Source: an uncultured Planctomycetia bacterium
GTDB lineage: Bacteria; Omnitrophota; Gorgyraeia; 2-02-FULL-51-18
Direction: 5' to 3'
Length of the DNA: 64,000 nt
Assembly (NCBI GenBank): GCA_964431835.1
Contig: CAYSKO010000004.1
Coordinates: forward strand, 7,519-71,518
Translations under genes and position numbers: made by a program
In this document: positions 1 through 12,793 of the stretch, in pieces
Layout: each line of letters starts with the position of its first letter
How positions within the stretch are numbered: the stretch's first letter is position 1
The notes under the pieces: model-generated
What the model was told of the DNA's origin: nothing
Database searches by the model: none
Seen by the model: only the letters and a program-made list of their open reading frames with translations

Positions 1-457
1 CCGCGCGGTGCGATTTCGCGCGGCGAAGACCCATCTCCAGAGGCAGGTCGAAGAAGAGCGTGAGCTTCGGCACGACGCCGCGAGTCGCGCGGCGGCCGAG
101 CTCCTTGATCCACTTCACGTCCGCTCCGGCGCCGTATCCCTGGTAAGCTACGGTAGCGTCGAGCCAGCGGTCGCAAAGGACGACGACCCCCTCCTTCAGC
201 TTTCCCGCGATCACCTCGTCTACCAGTTGGGCGCGGCTGGCCATATAAAGGAGCACTTCGCACTCGCGCGTCATCCCTTCGTGGCGGTTGTCGAGGAGAA
301 CGACACGAAGCGCGTCGCCGATCCTTGTGCCGCCGGGCTCGCGCGTCAGGAAAACTTTCTTTCCCGCGCGCTCGAGCGCGTCGTGAAGGAGCCGGATTTG
401 GGTGCTCTTTCCGCTGCCGTCGTTGCCTTCGAATGTGACGAGCGTGCCGCGCTTCAA
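1..457 (-). CDS. tmk: Thymidylate kinase (dTMP kinase), runs off the window edge (C-terminus missing); not in the ORF track
   Basis: Manual translation from TTG at 457 (overlaps cysS stop): MKRGTLVTFEGNDGSGKSTQ...TREPGG...EVLLYMASRAQ...VLCDRWLDATVAYQG; P-loop and DR..AYQG motifs. Confidence 0.95.
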   Translation of the reverse strand, partial: MKRGTLVTFEGNDGSGKSTQIRLLHDALERAGKKVFLTREPGGTRIGDALRVVLLDNRHEGMTRECEVLLYMASRAQLVDEVIAGKLKEGVVVLCDRWLDATVAYQGYGAGADVKWIKELGRRATRGVVPKLTLFFDLPLEMGLRRAKSHRA

Positions 458-1890
458 ACCTTGAGCCTCCCGATGGTGCGGCCGCCCAAAAGATCGATCA
501 GCTCGACGCCGTGATCGCGGAGAACTCCCTCGCGGATGCCGTCGGCGGCACCGAAGTCCTTCGCGGCCTTCGCGGCGGCGCGGCAGCGGATCGCGTCCTC
601 GATCACGCCCTGGATAGCACGGTTCGATTCCTCCTCCTTGCGGACGATCGCGTCGAAATCGGAGAAAAGATTGAACGCCTTGCCTGCGAGCTCGCGGAGC
701 TTCGCGGCGGCAGCGACGATCTTCGCCGGATCGTTGGTCTTCCGAGCCTGCTTCATGAGCGTCTGCATCGCGGTGATCGCCTCCGGCGTGTTGAAATCGT
801 TGTCCATGCAATTGCGGAAAGGTTCGTCGAAGCCGGCAACCGAAGCGGTGTCGGGCGCGACGCCGGCTTTGGCGAGATCGTGCGCTTCCTGGAAAAAATG
901 GAAGAACCGGCGCCACACCGCGCGCTCCATCGCGAGCTTCTCTTCGGTGAAATCAAGCGCGGCCTCGTAGTGAGTCGAGAGGAACACGAGTTTGAGGACG
1001 TCCGTGACGGATTCGGACGCAGGGATCCGCTTGCCGAACTCCGCGAGCGTGACGAAATTCTTGAGCGACTTCGACATCTTCACCTGGTCGACCGTGATGA
1101 GGCCGTGGTGGATCCAGTAGCGCGCGAGCGGCTTCCCCGAAAGTCCTTCGGACTGCGCGGTTTCGTTCTCGTGGTGCGGAAAAATGAGGTCCCGCCCGCC
1201 GCCGTGGATGTCGAACGATTCCGCGAGGTGCTTCTTCGACATCGCGGAGCATTCGATGTGCCAGCCCGGCCGGCCGTCTCCCCACGGGCTGGGCCACGAG
1301 GGCTCGCCGGGCTTCGCAGATTTCCAAAGAGCGAAATCGAGCGTATCGCGTTTCTTTTCGTTCTTTTCGAGACGCACGTTCTCGATGATCGACTCGATGT
1401 CCTGATGAGAAAGCTGTCCGTAGGAGGAGAACTTGCGGACCTCGAAATAAACGTCCCCGCCGGACGGGTAGGCCAGGCCCTTCAAGATGAGGCCCTCGAT
1501 GATCGCGATCATCTCGCCGATGTGCTCGGTGGCGCGCGGCTCGACGTCGGGCGCGAGGATCCCAAGGCGGTCGAGATCGTTCCGGTACATGTCGTAGTAG
1601 CGGGCGGAGACCTCGCGCGTCTCGGCCACCAGGTCCGCGGGCTTCGATTTCGCGGCCTTCTCGATGATCTTGTCGTCGACGTCGGTCACGTTCCGGACGA
1701 ACCGCACCGCGTAGCCCGAGAACGAGAACCAGCGGCGGATCACGTCGAAGACGTACGCCGAGCGCAGATGTCCCAAATGGGGTTCGTCGTAAACCGTCGG
1801 GCCGCAGACGTACATGCCGACACGGCCCGGCTCGAGCGGTTCGAACGGTTGTTTTTGTTTTTTGAGGGAATTGTAGAATCGGAGCGGCAT
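454..1890 (-). CDS. cysS: Cysteine--tRNA ligase
   Basis: MYVCGPTVYD, HLGH (HIGH), GRPGWHIECSAMS, DIHGGGRDLIFPHHENE, KMSKS. Confidence 0.98.
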   Translation of the reverse strand: MPLRFYNSLKKQKQPFEPLEPGRVGMYVCGPTVYDEPHLGHLRSAYVFDVIRRWFSFSGYAVRFVRNVTDVDDKIIEKAAKSKPADLVAETREVSARYYDMYRNDLDRLGILAPDVEPRATEHIGEMIAIIEGLILKGLAYPSGGDVYFEVRKFSSYGQLSHQDIESIIENVRLEKNEKKRDTLDFALWKSAKPGEPSWPSPWGDGRPGWHIECSAMSKKHLAESFDIHGGGRDLIFPHHENETAQSEGLSGKPLARYWIHHGLITVDQVKMSKSLKNFVTLAEFGKRIPASESVTDVLKLVFLSTHYEAALDFTEEKLAMERAVWRRFFHFFQEAHDLAKAGVAPDTASVAGFDEPFRNCMDNDFNTPEAITAMQTLMKQARKTNDPAKIVAAAAKLRELAGKAFNLFSDFDAIVRKEEESNRAIQGVIEDAIRCRAAAKAAKDFGAADGIREGVLRDHGVELIDLLGGRTIGRLKV

Positions 1891-1895
1891 AAGCC

Positions 1896-2615
1896 TTACT
1901 TGGAGGAACCTTTATCCCTCTCGAAATCCTTGAGTTCTTTTTCGATCTCCGCGATCTCGCGGTGGAGCTTGTCGAGGGCCTGCGTGAGAGGATCCGGCAG
2001 GCTCGTGTAATCCAGATTGGTGCCGCTGACGCGTTTACCCTCGCGGCGCGCGACGCGGCCGGGAACGCCGACAACGGTCGAATTCGGCGGCACGTCCTTC
2101 AGGACCACGGCGTTCGCGCCGACCGAAACGTTGTCTCCGATCGTGATGTTGCCGAGCACTTTCGCGCCTGCGCCGATGACGACGTTGTTTCCGATCGTCG
2201 GATGGCGCTTTCCCTTTTCCTTGCCGGTGCCGCCCAGCGTCGCGCCCTGGAAGATCGTCACGTTGTCGCCGACCACGGAAGTCTCTCCAATCACGACTCC
2301 CATTCCGTGGTCGATGAAAAAGCCCTTCCCGATCGTCGCGCCGGGATGGATCTCGATGCCGGTAAAGAAGCGTCCGATCTGCGAGATCGTGCGGGCGAAA
2401 AACGGCATGTTCGAGCGGTGAAAGAAATTACCGAGCCGGTGATAGAAGAGCGCGTGGATGCCCGGGTAGCTCAGGATGATCGTAAGACTGCCCGTGGCCG
2501 CGGGGTCCCGCTCCAAGGTCGCCTTGATCTCGTCCGCGAAAAAAAGGCGGTAAACGAGGATCTTGAACACGCCGAACGCCAAAAGGATGCAAAGCAGGTT
2601 GAGCACGAATTCCAT
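1896..2615 (-). CDS. cysE: Serine O-acetyltransferase with hydrophobic N-terminal extension
   Basis: [45 protein letters not shown]; likely start ATG 2615 in TGATG overlap with ispDF stop (ORF-track extension to 3008 is spurious). Confidence 0.93.
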   Translation of the reverse strand: MEFVLNLLCILLAFGVFKILVYRLFFADEIKATLERDPAATGSLTIILSYPGIHALFYHRLGNFFHRSNMPFFARTISQIGRFFTGIEIHPGATIGKGFFIDHGMGVVIGETSVVGDNVTIFQGATLGGTGKEKGKRHPTIGNNVVIGAGAKVLGNITIGDNVSVGANAVVLKDVPPNSTVVGVPGRVARREGKRVSGTNLDYTSLPDPLTQALDKLHREIAEIEKELKDFERDKGSSK

Positions 2616-3778
2616 CAGACTCTCCCGTTCTTCGGCGCGAGCGTCACGACCGCGTGGCAGGCGATCGCTTCGCCGCGGCCGAGCTCTCCGAAACCTTCGT
2701 TCGTTTTGCCCTTCACGGAGACGCTGGAAATCGGCAAGCCGAACACGGCCGCGACGTTCCGGCGCATCGCCGTCTTGTACGGACCCAGCTTCGGCGCTTC
2801 CGCGATGACGACCGAATCCACGTGCGCGACCCGGAATCCGCGTTTCAGGAGGAGCTTCGAGACGCCGACCGCGAAACGGTCGCCGGAGACGCCCTTCGTG
2901 CGGGCTTCCCCTGGCGGAAAATGATCGCCGATGTCGCCCTCGCCGAGGGCGCCTAGAGCGGCGTCGACGATCGCGTGCCAGAGCGCGTCCCCGTCCGAAT
3001 GACCCCACAGACCTTTCGGGTAAGGGATTGTGACGCCGCCCAACACCAGTGGACGGCCTTCCTTAAGCGGATGAATGTCGTACCCGATACCGACTCGCAC
3101 GGACGTCTCCTCTTCCGAGAGACGGCCGAACTGCGCGGCGTCCTCGGGTGTCGTGATCTTCACGTTGCCAGACTCGCCCGGCACCACGGCGACGCGGACG
3201 TTGGAGCCGTCAAAGAGAGCCGCCTCGTCGGTGGCCGCGCCGGCGCGCTTTCCGAGCGCGCGGTATCTCGAAACCAAAAGATCTTTCCGGAAGACCTGCG
3301 GCGTCTGCGCGAGCCAGAGCGATTCGCGGTCCTCGGTGCCGGTGACGCGGCCCGCGCGCGAGACGCGCTTCACGGTCGCAGTAGCGGGAACGGCGGCCAG
3401 TGCGGCTCCGGTTTCCTTCGCTTTGGCGATCACGCGGCGGACGAGCGGAACACTCGCGAACGGCCGAGCCGCGTCGTGCACGAGCACCCAATCCGCACCG
3501 GCCGCCTCGAACACGGCGTTTCGAACCGATTCTGCCCGCGTACGGCCGCCGGGCACGACACGCGCCGCGATTCCGGCTTCGGCGAGCAATTTTTCCGTTT
3601 CCGCGACACGCTCACGCTCGACAGCGACGAGCGTTTCCGTGAAACGGTGCGCGGCCGAGAGACGCTCGAGCGTATGGACGAGGAGGGCTTTTCCGGCGAA
3701 TCGGACGAACGCTTTGGGAATTTTGGATCCGAACCGCGTGCCCTTCCCCGCGGCCGGGACGACCGCGGTGATCTTCAT
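2615..3778 (-). CDS. ispDF: Bifunctional IspD/IspF (MEP pathway)
   Basis: N-term [31 protein letters not shown]; C-term [31 protein letters not shown]. Confidence 0.96.
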   Translation of the reverse strand: MKITAVVPAAGKGTRFGSKIPKAFVRFAGKALLVHTLERLSAAHRFTETLVAVERERVAETEKLLAEAGIAARVVPGGRTRAESVRNAVFEAAGADWVLVHDAARPFASVPLVRRVIAKAKETGAALAAVPATATVKRVSRAGRVTGTEDRESLWLAQTPQVFRKDLLVSRYRALGKRAGAATDEAALFDGSNVRVAVVPGESGNVKITTPEDAAQFGRLSEEETSVRVGIGYDIHPLKEGRPLVLGGVTIPYPKGLWGHSDGDALWHAIVDAALGALGEGDIGDHFPPGEARTKGVSGDRFAVGVSKLLLKRGFRVAHVDSVVIAEAPKLGPYKTAMRRNVAAVFGLPISSVSVKGKTNEGFGELGRGEAIACHAVVTLAPKNGRV

Positions 3779-4779
3779 TCCGCGGCCGGTCGCGGCGTTT
3801 CGATCTTGCCGAAGATCATACGGCCCGCCGCGGTCTGGAGCACCGAGGTCACGACGATCCGCTGCACGCTTCCAAGAAGACGTTTGGCGGAGTCGACGAC
3901 GACCATCGTTCCGTCCTCGAGATAACCGATCGCCTGGTCGCGCTCCTTGCCTTCCTTCACGAGGCGCACTTCGAGTTCCTCGCCTGGAAGCACGACCGGA
4001 CGCAGCGCGTTGGCGAGCTCGTTGATGTTAAGAATGGTAACGCCCTGCAGCTCCGCGATCTTGTTCAAATTATAGTCGTTCGTGAGTACCTTGGCGCCGA
4101 GGACCTTCCCCATCTTCACGAGCTTCTCGTCGACCGTGCCGATCTCCGGGAAATCCTCCTCATCGATCTTCACGTTCACGATCTTGTTCATCTTATTGAG
4201 GACGTCGAGGCCGCGGCGGCCGCGCGTGCGCTTGAGCGAGTCCTGCGAGTCGGCCACCTGCTGCAGCTCCTTCAGGACGAAGCGCGGCACCACGAAACGG
4301 CCTTCGATGAAACGTGTCTGGCACAGATCCAGAATACGGCCGTCGATGATCACGCTCGTGTCGAGAAGGAGCACTGCGTCTTTCTGATCCTGGCGGTCGA
4401 ATTTCACGTACGGGATGATCAGATTGAACTCGTCCCGGCCGCGCATCGTGAAGATGACGCCGACGTACGAGAAAATGATCACGAGAACGAGCTTGAGAGC
4501 CGAGGCCACAGCCTGATCGAGCTCCGGAATCAGGTCGATCGCGCCGGCCAGGAAACGGGACATAATGAAAGCGAGGATGAGGCCGAAGACGGCAGCCGAA
4601 AGACCGCGAAGGGACACTTTGCCGAGGGCGTGTTCGAAAAAGATGACCGTGACGGAAACCGCAAGACCGACGCCCGTACCGATCAGCGAGCCCTCGACGC
4701 CCTTGAACGCGAGCCCGAGCTGGTAACCGATGACGATACAGAGAAGGATGAAAAGTGCGCGAAAAAAACCGAAAGGCAT
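3775..4779 (-). CDS. Membrane PIN/TRAM-domain protein (YacL family)
   Basis: 4 N-terminal TM helices, LDTSVIIDGRI, RGRRGLDVL, TNDYNLNKIA, TRAM GYLEDGTMVVV..TSVLQTAAGRMIF; YacL position upstream of ispD. Confidence 0.9.
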   Translation of the reverse strand: MPFGFFRALFILLCIVIGYQLGLAFKGVEGSLIGTGVGLAVSVTVIFFEHALGKVSLRGLSAAVFGLILAFIMSRFLAGAIDLIPELDQAVASALKLVLVIIFSYVGVIFTMRGRDEFNLIIPYVKFDRQDQKDAVLLLDTSVIIDGRILDLCQTRFIEGRFVVPRFVLKELQQVADSQDSLKRTRGRRGLDVLNKMNKIVNVKIDEEDFPEIGTVDEKLVKMGKVLGAKVLTNDYNLNKIAELQGVTILNINELANALRPVVLPGEELEVRLVKEGKERDQAIGYLEDGTMVVVDSAKRLLGSVQRIVVTSVLQTAAGRMIFGKIETPRPAAE

Positions 4780-4782
4780 CCG

Positions 4783-5538
4783 CTATTTCCTCTTGAGGAG
4801 CTTCCAGGGGTGGGCCTTGATGTCCTTCACGAAGGCCTCGAGATCGCGCGCGATAGTGTCGTCCTTAAGAAGGCGCCCGACCGTCCCTTCGCCGTCGCGC
4901 AGGCGCGCGGTGACGACGCGGAGCGATTCGGCCGCTTCTTTCAGATCCGCGCTCGCTTCGTGCAGGTCCTTGAGCACCGCGTCCGCGCTTCCGAAAGCGC
5001 CCTCGGCTTTGCCGAACGTGCCGCGCACGGTGTTCTGGAACGTCGGATCGGCGACGACGTGATTCACGTTGTCGACCGTGTACTCGATTTTTTGGACCAG
5101 GCGGTTGCCCGACTCGGTAAGCTTTTCCATGTTAACCGGCTCGCGGCCGACGAGCGTTCCACCGTCCGATAAAACGCGCTTGCCGGCCGTGCCCGGGGTG
5201 ATTTCGACGTATTTCTCGCCGAGAAGCCCGAGACTCGATATCCGGATCTCGGCGTCGTCCTCGACGTACGCGCCTTGGGCTATCCAGGCGCCGATCTCGA
5301 CCTGCGTCTCGCCGTCGCGGCTGCGGATGACCTTGATATCCTTCACTTCGCCGACCGGGACGCCGGCCAGGCGCACGGGAGAACCGTTCTCGATCCCGCT
5401 CACGGAATCGAACATGAAACGGACGGTGTAGCCGGGTTTCAGACTGAAATCGCCCGCTTTGACGACGAGCCACGCAAGGGCGACAAGAGACGCAAGCACG
5501 AACACCCCGACCTTAAATTCAAGGTTGGACTTCTTCAT
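4783..5538 (-). CDS. mlaD: MCE/MlaD family lipid-binding protein with helical C-terminal extension
   Basis: KVGVFV TM anchor, F.SVSGI..GSPVRLAGVPVGEV, SLGLLGEKYVEITPG. Confidence 0.92.
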   Translation of the reverse strand: MKKSNLEFKVGVFVLASLVALAWLVVKAGDFSLKPGYTVRFMFDSVSGIENGSPVRLAGVPVGEVKDIKVIRSRDGETQVEIGAWIAQGAYVEDDAEIRISSLGLLGEKYVEITPGTAGKRVLSDGGTLVGREPVNMEKLTESGNRLVQKIEYTVDNVNHVVADPTFQNTVRGTFGKAEGAFGSADAVLKDLHEASADLKEAAESLRVVTARLRDGEGTVGRLLKDDTIARDLEAFVKDIKAHPWKLLKRK

Positions 5539-5620
5539 CCGACTTGTCCTTTCCTCCTGTTTCCCATAGGGTTACAACACGGTCCTATTGTGCCCGAAAA
5601 GTAGGGCGAAGCAAAGCCCT

Positions 5621-6421
5621 TTAAGCGCCGGGCTCCGGCACGGGACGACCTTCGACCGATTCGAGACTCTTGAACTGGATGTCCGAGATCGGCCCAGTGG
5701 CCGAACCCGTTATAAATTGGCGGACGATGGGGTCGTCCGTGTTCCGGATCTCTTCCGGCTTACCCAAACGGATGATCCGGCCTTGGTACATCATGGCGAT
5801 GCGGGTTCCGATCTTGTAGGCGCTGGTCATGTCGTGGGTGACCGCCACTGACGTGACGTGAAGCTTGTCGTGGAGAGAGACGATGAGGTCGTTGATCGCG
5901 TCCGCCATGATGGGGTCGAGGCCCGTGGTGGGCTCGTCGTAAAGAAGGAACTCGGGGCGCATGCAGATCGCGCGCGCAAGCGCGACGCGCTTTTTCATGC
6001 CACCCGAGAGCTCCGACGGCTTGAGTTCGTGGATACCCTTAAGGCCGACGAGCTCGAGCGATTCCTCGACGCGTTCGCGGATGGCTCGGGAGGAAAGCGT
6101 CGTGTGCTCGAGGAGCCCGAAACCCACATTCTCCCCCACCGTCATCGAATCAAAGAGTGCGGAGAACTGAAAAAGCATACCAAACCGCATGCGAAGCTGG
6201 TTCCACTGCTTGCCGGAATAATGGGTAGTCGACTGGCCGTCGACAAGGATTTCCCCGTCGTCCGGCTTGAGAAGGCCGATCATATGTTTGAGGAGAACAC
6301 TCTTGCCGCAGCCCGAGCGGCCGATGATCACGAGCGTCTCTCCTTTTTCGACCTTGAGGTCGATCTTGTTCAGGATTTGTTTGCCGCGGAACGACTTGGA
6401 AACCTTCCGGACGTCGATCAT
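5621..6421 (-). CDS. mlaF: MlaF-type ABC ATPase
   Basis: GRSGCGKS, FQFSALFDSMTV, ELSGGMKKRVALARA, YDEPTTGLDP. Confidence 0.93.
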   Translation of the reverse strand: MIDVRKVSKSFRGKQILNKIDLKVEKGETLVIIGRSGCGKSVLLKHMIGLLKPDDGEILVDGQSTTHYSGKQWNQLRMRFGMLFQFSALFDSMTVGENVGFGLLEHTTLSSRAIRERVEESLELVGLKGIHELKPSELSGGMKKRVALARAICMRPEFLLYDEPTTGLDPIMADAINDLIVSLHDKLHVTSVAVTHDMTSAYKIGTRIAMMYQGRIIRLGKPEEIRNTDDPIVRQFITGSATGPISDIQFKSLESVEGRPVPEPGA

Positions 6422-7191
6422 AGGAAGTAGAACATGATCGTGAAGACCGCGTCCGAAACGATGATGAGGATGAACGACGTCACGACCGCGCGCGTGGTGG
6501 CCTGCCCGACCCCTTCGGCGCCGCCCTCGACGCGCATGCCCTCATAGCAGGCGACCGTGCAGATGATGGAAGCGAAAATAAGCGTCTTGAAGAGCCCAGA
6601 GAAAATGTCCTTCAGGACGAGCGGGAGGAAGGTCATCTTCATGTACATGGTGTGAGAGAGCCCGAGCTTGTAAACCCCGACGAGGTAACCGCCGCAGATG
6701 CCGACGAAGTCCGCGTAGATGGTGAGAAGCGGCAGCATGGTGAAAAGCGCGATGAAGCGCGGCGCAACCAGATACTTGATCGGGTTCGTCGCGAGAGTCT
6801 CGAGCGCGTCGATCTGCTCGGTCACCTTCATGGAGCCGAGTTCCGCCGCGATGGACGCGCCGACGCGGCCGGCGACGACGAGTGCAGTCAGGATCGGCCC
6901 GATCTCGCGCGTCATGGAGATGGCGACCAGGCTCGGAATGTACATTTCGGCATTCACCTTCTGCATCTGGTAGGCGCTTTGAAACGCGATGACGACGCCG
7001 ATGAAGAAAGCCGTGAGGGTCGAGATAAGGAAGGAGTCCACGCCGATCTTCACCATCTGCTCGACCAGCTGACGAGAGCGGAACGGAGGCATGGCGATCC
7101 AGAAAAGGGTCTTTAAGAGGAGCGTGAAAACGCCACCGGCGTACTCGACCGCGTCGACGGCGCGGCGCCCCACTGAAACGACGGCGCGCAT
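6418..7191 (-). CDS. mlaE: MlaE-type ABC permease
   Basis: REIGPILTALVVAGRVGASIAAELGSMKVTEQIDALETL, GGAEGVGQATT. Confidence 0.95.
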   Translation of the reverse strand: MRAVVSVGRRAVDAVEYAGGVFTLLLKTLFWIAMPPFRSRQLVEQMVKIGVDSFLISTLTAFFIGVVIAFQSAYQMQKVNAEMYIPSLVAISMTREIGPILTALVVAGRVGASIAAELGSMKVTEQIDALETLATNPIKYLVAPRFIALFTMLPLLTIYADFVGICGGYLVGVYKLGLSHTMYMKMTFLPLVLKDIFSGLFKTLIFASIICTVACYEGMRVEGGAEGVGQATTRAVVTSFILIIVSDAVFTIMFYFL

Positions 7192-8629
7192 CAGAATTTC
7201 AACTTTCGTTCCACACCCACGAATTCCTCCCCTTCACGGACCTCGAACTTGAGCGCGTCGCGCGACTGGAGCCTGTACTCGAAACCGACCCCGACCCCCC
7301 GGCGCTCGTCGGAACGGAGGCCGTCCGCCCGCGGCACGTCGTCCTCTACGTTAGTACGGCGAAGCTGAAGCCGCGCATTATCCCCAAACGACCTCTGCAT
7401 GAGAAGGTCCGAACGGTCGCCCTTGCCTTTGGAGCGCGTGAGCTCCCAATCTCCCCAGACAACCGAATCCTGCTGGGCTTCGGACACGAGCGTGCGGTAC
7501 GTGCGCTCCCGGAACACGTCCGAGGCCTCGAACGTGCGGTCGGCGAAACGCATCGCGGTGCCGTCCTTGAGAAGAAGCCTCGAATCGTACAGTCGGAGGG
7601 TCGGGTACACGCCCTCGAAGGAAAGATCCATGGCCTCGAACGGGCGGCGCGATATCCAGCCGTTCCGGATGCGGGCGCGGCCGTCGTAGGACGGGTTGAG
7701 CGGGTCGCCCCACACGCGCAGGTCGAACGTCACGGAACCCGGCACGGAAAGACCTTTCGAGAGATTGAAAAGCGGGTCCAAGTTCGCGAGGCTGTATTCG
7801 TCCGCCGCGACGGCCCAGCGCACCTCGTCGTCGTCAAGGCGGTATTCGGCCGCAAAATCGATCCCGCCGAAAAGGTCCTCGGAGCGCACGTTGAAAAGAT
7901 GGCGGGAAAGCTCGAATTCGAAACGCGTCTCGTACGGAAGCGGGCGCCAATTGACCACCGTCCCTTCCGTCATGACCGTTCCCGTGAGCGAATCGTCGCG
8001 CGCGTCGGCGGCGGCGAGGAAGCGGGCTTCGACGACGACCTCGGTCGAGACGTCGAACGCGGCCATCTCGAAATGGTGGACCGCCATTTCCGCCCGGAGC
8101 CGTCCACCCTCAAAGCGGAGGTCTATCGGTCCGAAACGGCGGGCGCCGAATTCGAATTCCGCTCCCTCCGCGTGAATGACGACGTCCCGACCGCGAGTCA
8201 CGGCGGCACGGCGCATCCAGGTGAGGATCGGAAGGTCTCGGCGGAGCACGCGGAAGCGGGGTTCCCAGCGCAGGCGCGGCGAACGAAGCTCGATTTGAAC
8301 CTTGGCCACCGGGTCTTTCGAAATGAGATCGAGGAGGCGGTAGCGTAGGAGGATTTCTCTGCACTCGAAAAGGACGATGCGTCCGCCGGCCGAAGGCTCG
8401 CTAATTTCGAGGTCCTCGATCCTGACGAGGCCCGGGAAGCGTCCGCTCACGCGGCCGAAGCGCACGTCAAGGCCGGTCCCGCGGGCGATGGTGGTTTCGA
8501 TGCGGGAGACAAAGGCTTCGAAGACCGCCTCCTTCCTCAGGTGGAGAAAGGCCGCGGCGGCCGCGAACGCGGCCAGCGCCAAGAGCCAGCGCGCGGCCTT
8601 GCGTTTACGCTTGCCGGCGAGAGCCGATT

Positions 8630-8633
<4 letters not shown>
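7191..8633 (-). CDS. Hypothetical membrane-anchored beta-rich protein, AsmA/TamB-like
   Basis: Basic N-terminus + TM helix, alternating beta-strand pattern, LRVWGDPLNPSYDG motif, C-terminal strands ending in Phe; coupled to clpC and mlaE. Confidence 0.55.
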
Positions 8634-11116
<2,483 letters not shown>

Positions 11117-11184
11117 GGGATGGGGTCTCCGTTACAAATGATTATAAAGGAACAGCCCAAAGAAAGCTAGATTCTTGCCTTTTT

Positions 11185-12237
11185 TTAGCGTCCCTCGAGG
11201 CGGCGGCGGATCAGATTGGCCCGCTTCACGTCCCTTTGGGCGGAGCTTAAGATCCGCCCTTCGATCTTCTGGAGGTGGGCCGGCTGGGTCAGGATAAAGA
11301 GCTCGTTCACGGCCCGGCGGTCGATTTCGGCGAGAATTCCCATGTCCACGCCCAGGCGAACCATGGAAAGGAGGCCCAGGGTTTCCTTGGTGTTGATGAT
11401 GTGGGCGCTCTTCAGCGTCCCGTTCGAGCGCCAGATTTTGTCCTGCAGCATCTCGCGGTTCTGCTTCATGATCGTCTTTCGCGCGTTCTCCTCGTGTCCG
11501 ATCACCTGCCGGATGATGCGCTCCAGGTTGTCGATGATGTCCTCTTCGGAAGAGCCGAGCGTGACCTGGTTCGAGATTTGGAAGAAATTTCCCTCGGCCT
11601 CCGTGCCCTCGCCATAAAGGCCGCGCGCGGTCATGCCGAGCTTCGTGATCGCCTGTAGGACGCGGCTGATCTGTTTGGTCATGACGAGCGACGGTAAATG
11701 AAGCATTACGGAGGCGCGCAGGCCGGTGCCGGTGTTCGTTGGGCACGCGGTGAGGTAGCCCCAATCAGGATGAAACGCGAACTGCGCGCGCTTATGGAGC
11801 GCGTCGTCGACGCGGTTGGCGATGCGCCAGCATTCCTGCAGATTGAAGCCGGACTGCATGACCTGGATCCGGAGGTGGTCCTCCTCGTTGATCATGATGT
11901 TGACCACTTCCTTGTCGCCGATCACCACCGACTTGAACTCGGGGTGCACGATATGCTCGCGGCTGATAAGGTGCCGCTCGAGCAGGAACTGCTTGTCGAC
12001 GTCGTCGATCTCGGCCATGCGGACCGCCAAGCCGTTTTTCATGTACTCGGTGGAAAGAACCCCTTCCTCGAGCCGCTCGAGCGTCTCCTTCTCCTGCTTC
12101 TTGGTCGCCCAGTGCGAGAAGGGATACTTGTCGAGGTTGCGCGCGAGCCGGACCCGCGAGCTCATCACGATGTCGGAATTGGGGCCGGTGCCGCGAAGCC
12201 ATTCGCACGTCTGGCGGATCAGGTGGTCTACTTTCAT
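11185..12237 (-). CDS. mcsB: Protein arginine kinase
   Basis: SSRVRLARN, LERHLIS, MINEEDHLRIQ, GYLTACPTNTGTGLRASVMLHLP. Confidence 0.96.
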   Translation of the reverse strand: MKVDHLIRQTCEWLRGTGPNSDIVMSSRVRLARNLDKYPFSHWATKKQEKETLERLEEGVLSTEYMKNGLAVRMAEIDDVDKQFLLERHLISREHIVHPEFKSVVIGDKEVVNIMINEEDHLRIQVMQSGFNLQECWRIANRVDDALHKRAQFAFHPDWGYLTACPTNTGTGLRASVMLHLPSLVMTKQISRVLQAITKLGMTARGLYGEGTEAEGNFFQISNQVTLGSSEEDIIDNLERIIRQVIGHEENARKTIMKQNREMLQDKIWRSNGTLKSAHIINTKETLGLLSMVRLGVDMGILAEIDRRAVNELFILTQPAHLQKIEGRILSSAQRDVKRANLIRRRLEGR

Positions 12238-12785
12238 GCGACTCCGCCTTTCTCGCCGGTCTTCTGCTGTTCCTTGATCTTTTTCTCGAGGAACTTGATC
12301 TTGTCGCGCAGCGTCGCCGCTTCTTCGAACTCCTCTTTCTTGACGGCTTTCAAGAGGTCTTGTTTGGCGGCGTCGAGCTCCTCGGCGAGCTTCACCGAGA
12401 GCTTCACTTCCTTCATCGCGACGGGGCTCGGCGACTTCCCGCCGTGCTGGTTCGAGCCGTGGATTCGTTTTAAAAGCGGCAGGAGGCTGACTTTAAACGC
12501 GCCATAGCACTCGCCGCAGCCGAGGCGGCCGATCTTCTTGAAGTCTTCGTAGGTGAGGCCGCACTGCGGGCATTTGTTCTTGGGAGGGGCGGCTCCGGGA
12601 ACGGCCGGCTCCTGCTCGACGTCCGAGAGCGCAGCCAGAAGGTCGGCGATGCCGAAGTGCTGCTCGACATCGGAGCCCTTCTGCTTGGCGCAGCCCTCGC
12701 AGAGATTGAGCTTCGTGATCTGCTCGTTGATGATCTCGGTCAGGTGGACCGTCGCCTTGTTTTTACCGCACTCGTCGCAGAGCAT
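12234..12785 (-). CDS. mcsA: McsB activator McsA (CxxC motifs + UVR domain)
   Basis: Start ATG 12785: MLCDECGKNKATVHLT...LCEGCA...CPQCGLTYEDFKKIGRLGCGECY...EEFEEAATLRDKI. Confidence 0.95.
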   Translation of the reverse strand: MLCDECGKNKATVHLTEIINEQITKLNLCEGCAKQKGSDVEQHFGIADLLAALSDVEQEPAVPGAAPPKNKCPQCGLTYEDFKKIGRLGCGECYGAFKVSLLPLLKRIHGSNQHGGKSPSPVAMKEVKLSVKLAEELDAAKQDLLKAVKKEEFEEAATLRDKIKFLEKKIKEQQKTGEKGGVA

Positions 12786-12793
12786 CGATTCCT

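Noticed and set aside
11117-11184. CtsR or HrcA (CIRCE) operator upstream of clpC
   Set aside because: Only a TATAAT box is visible; no GGTCAAA repeats or TTAGCACTC inverted repeat
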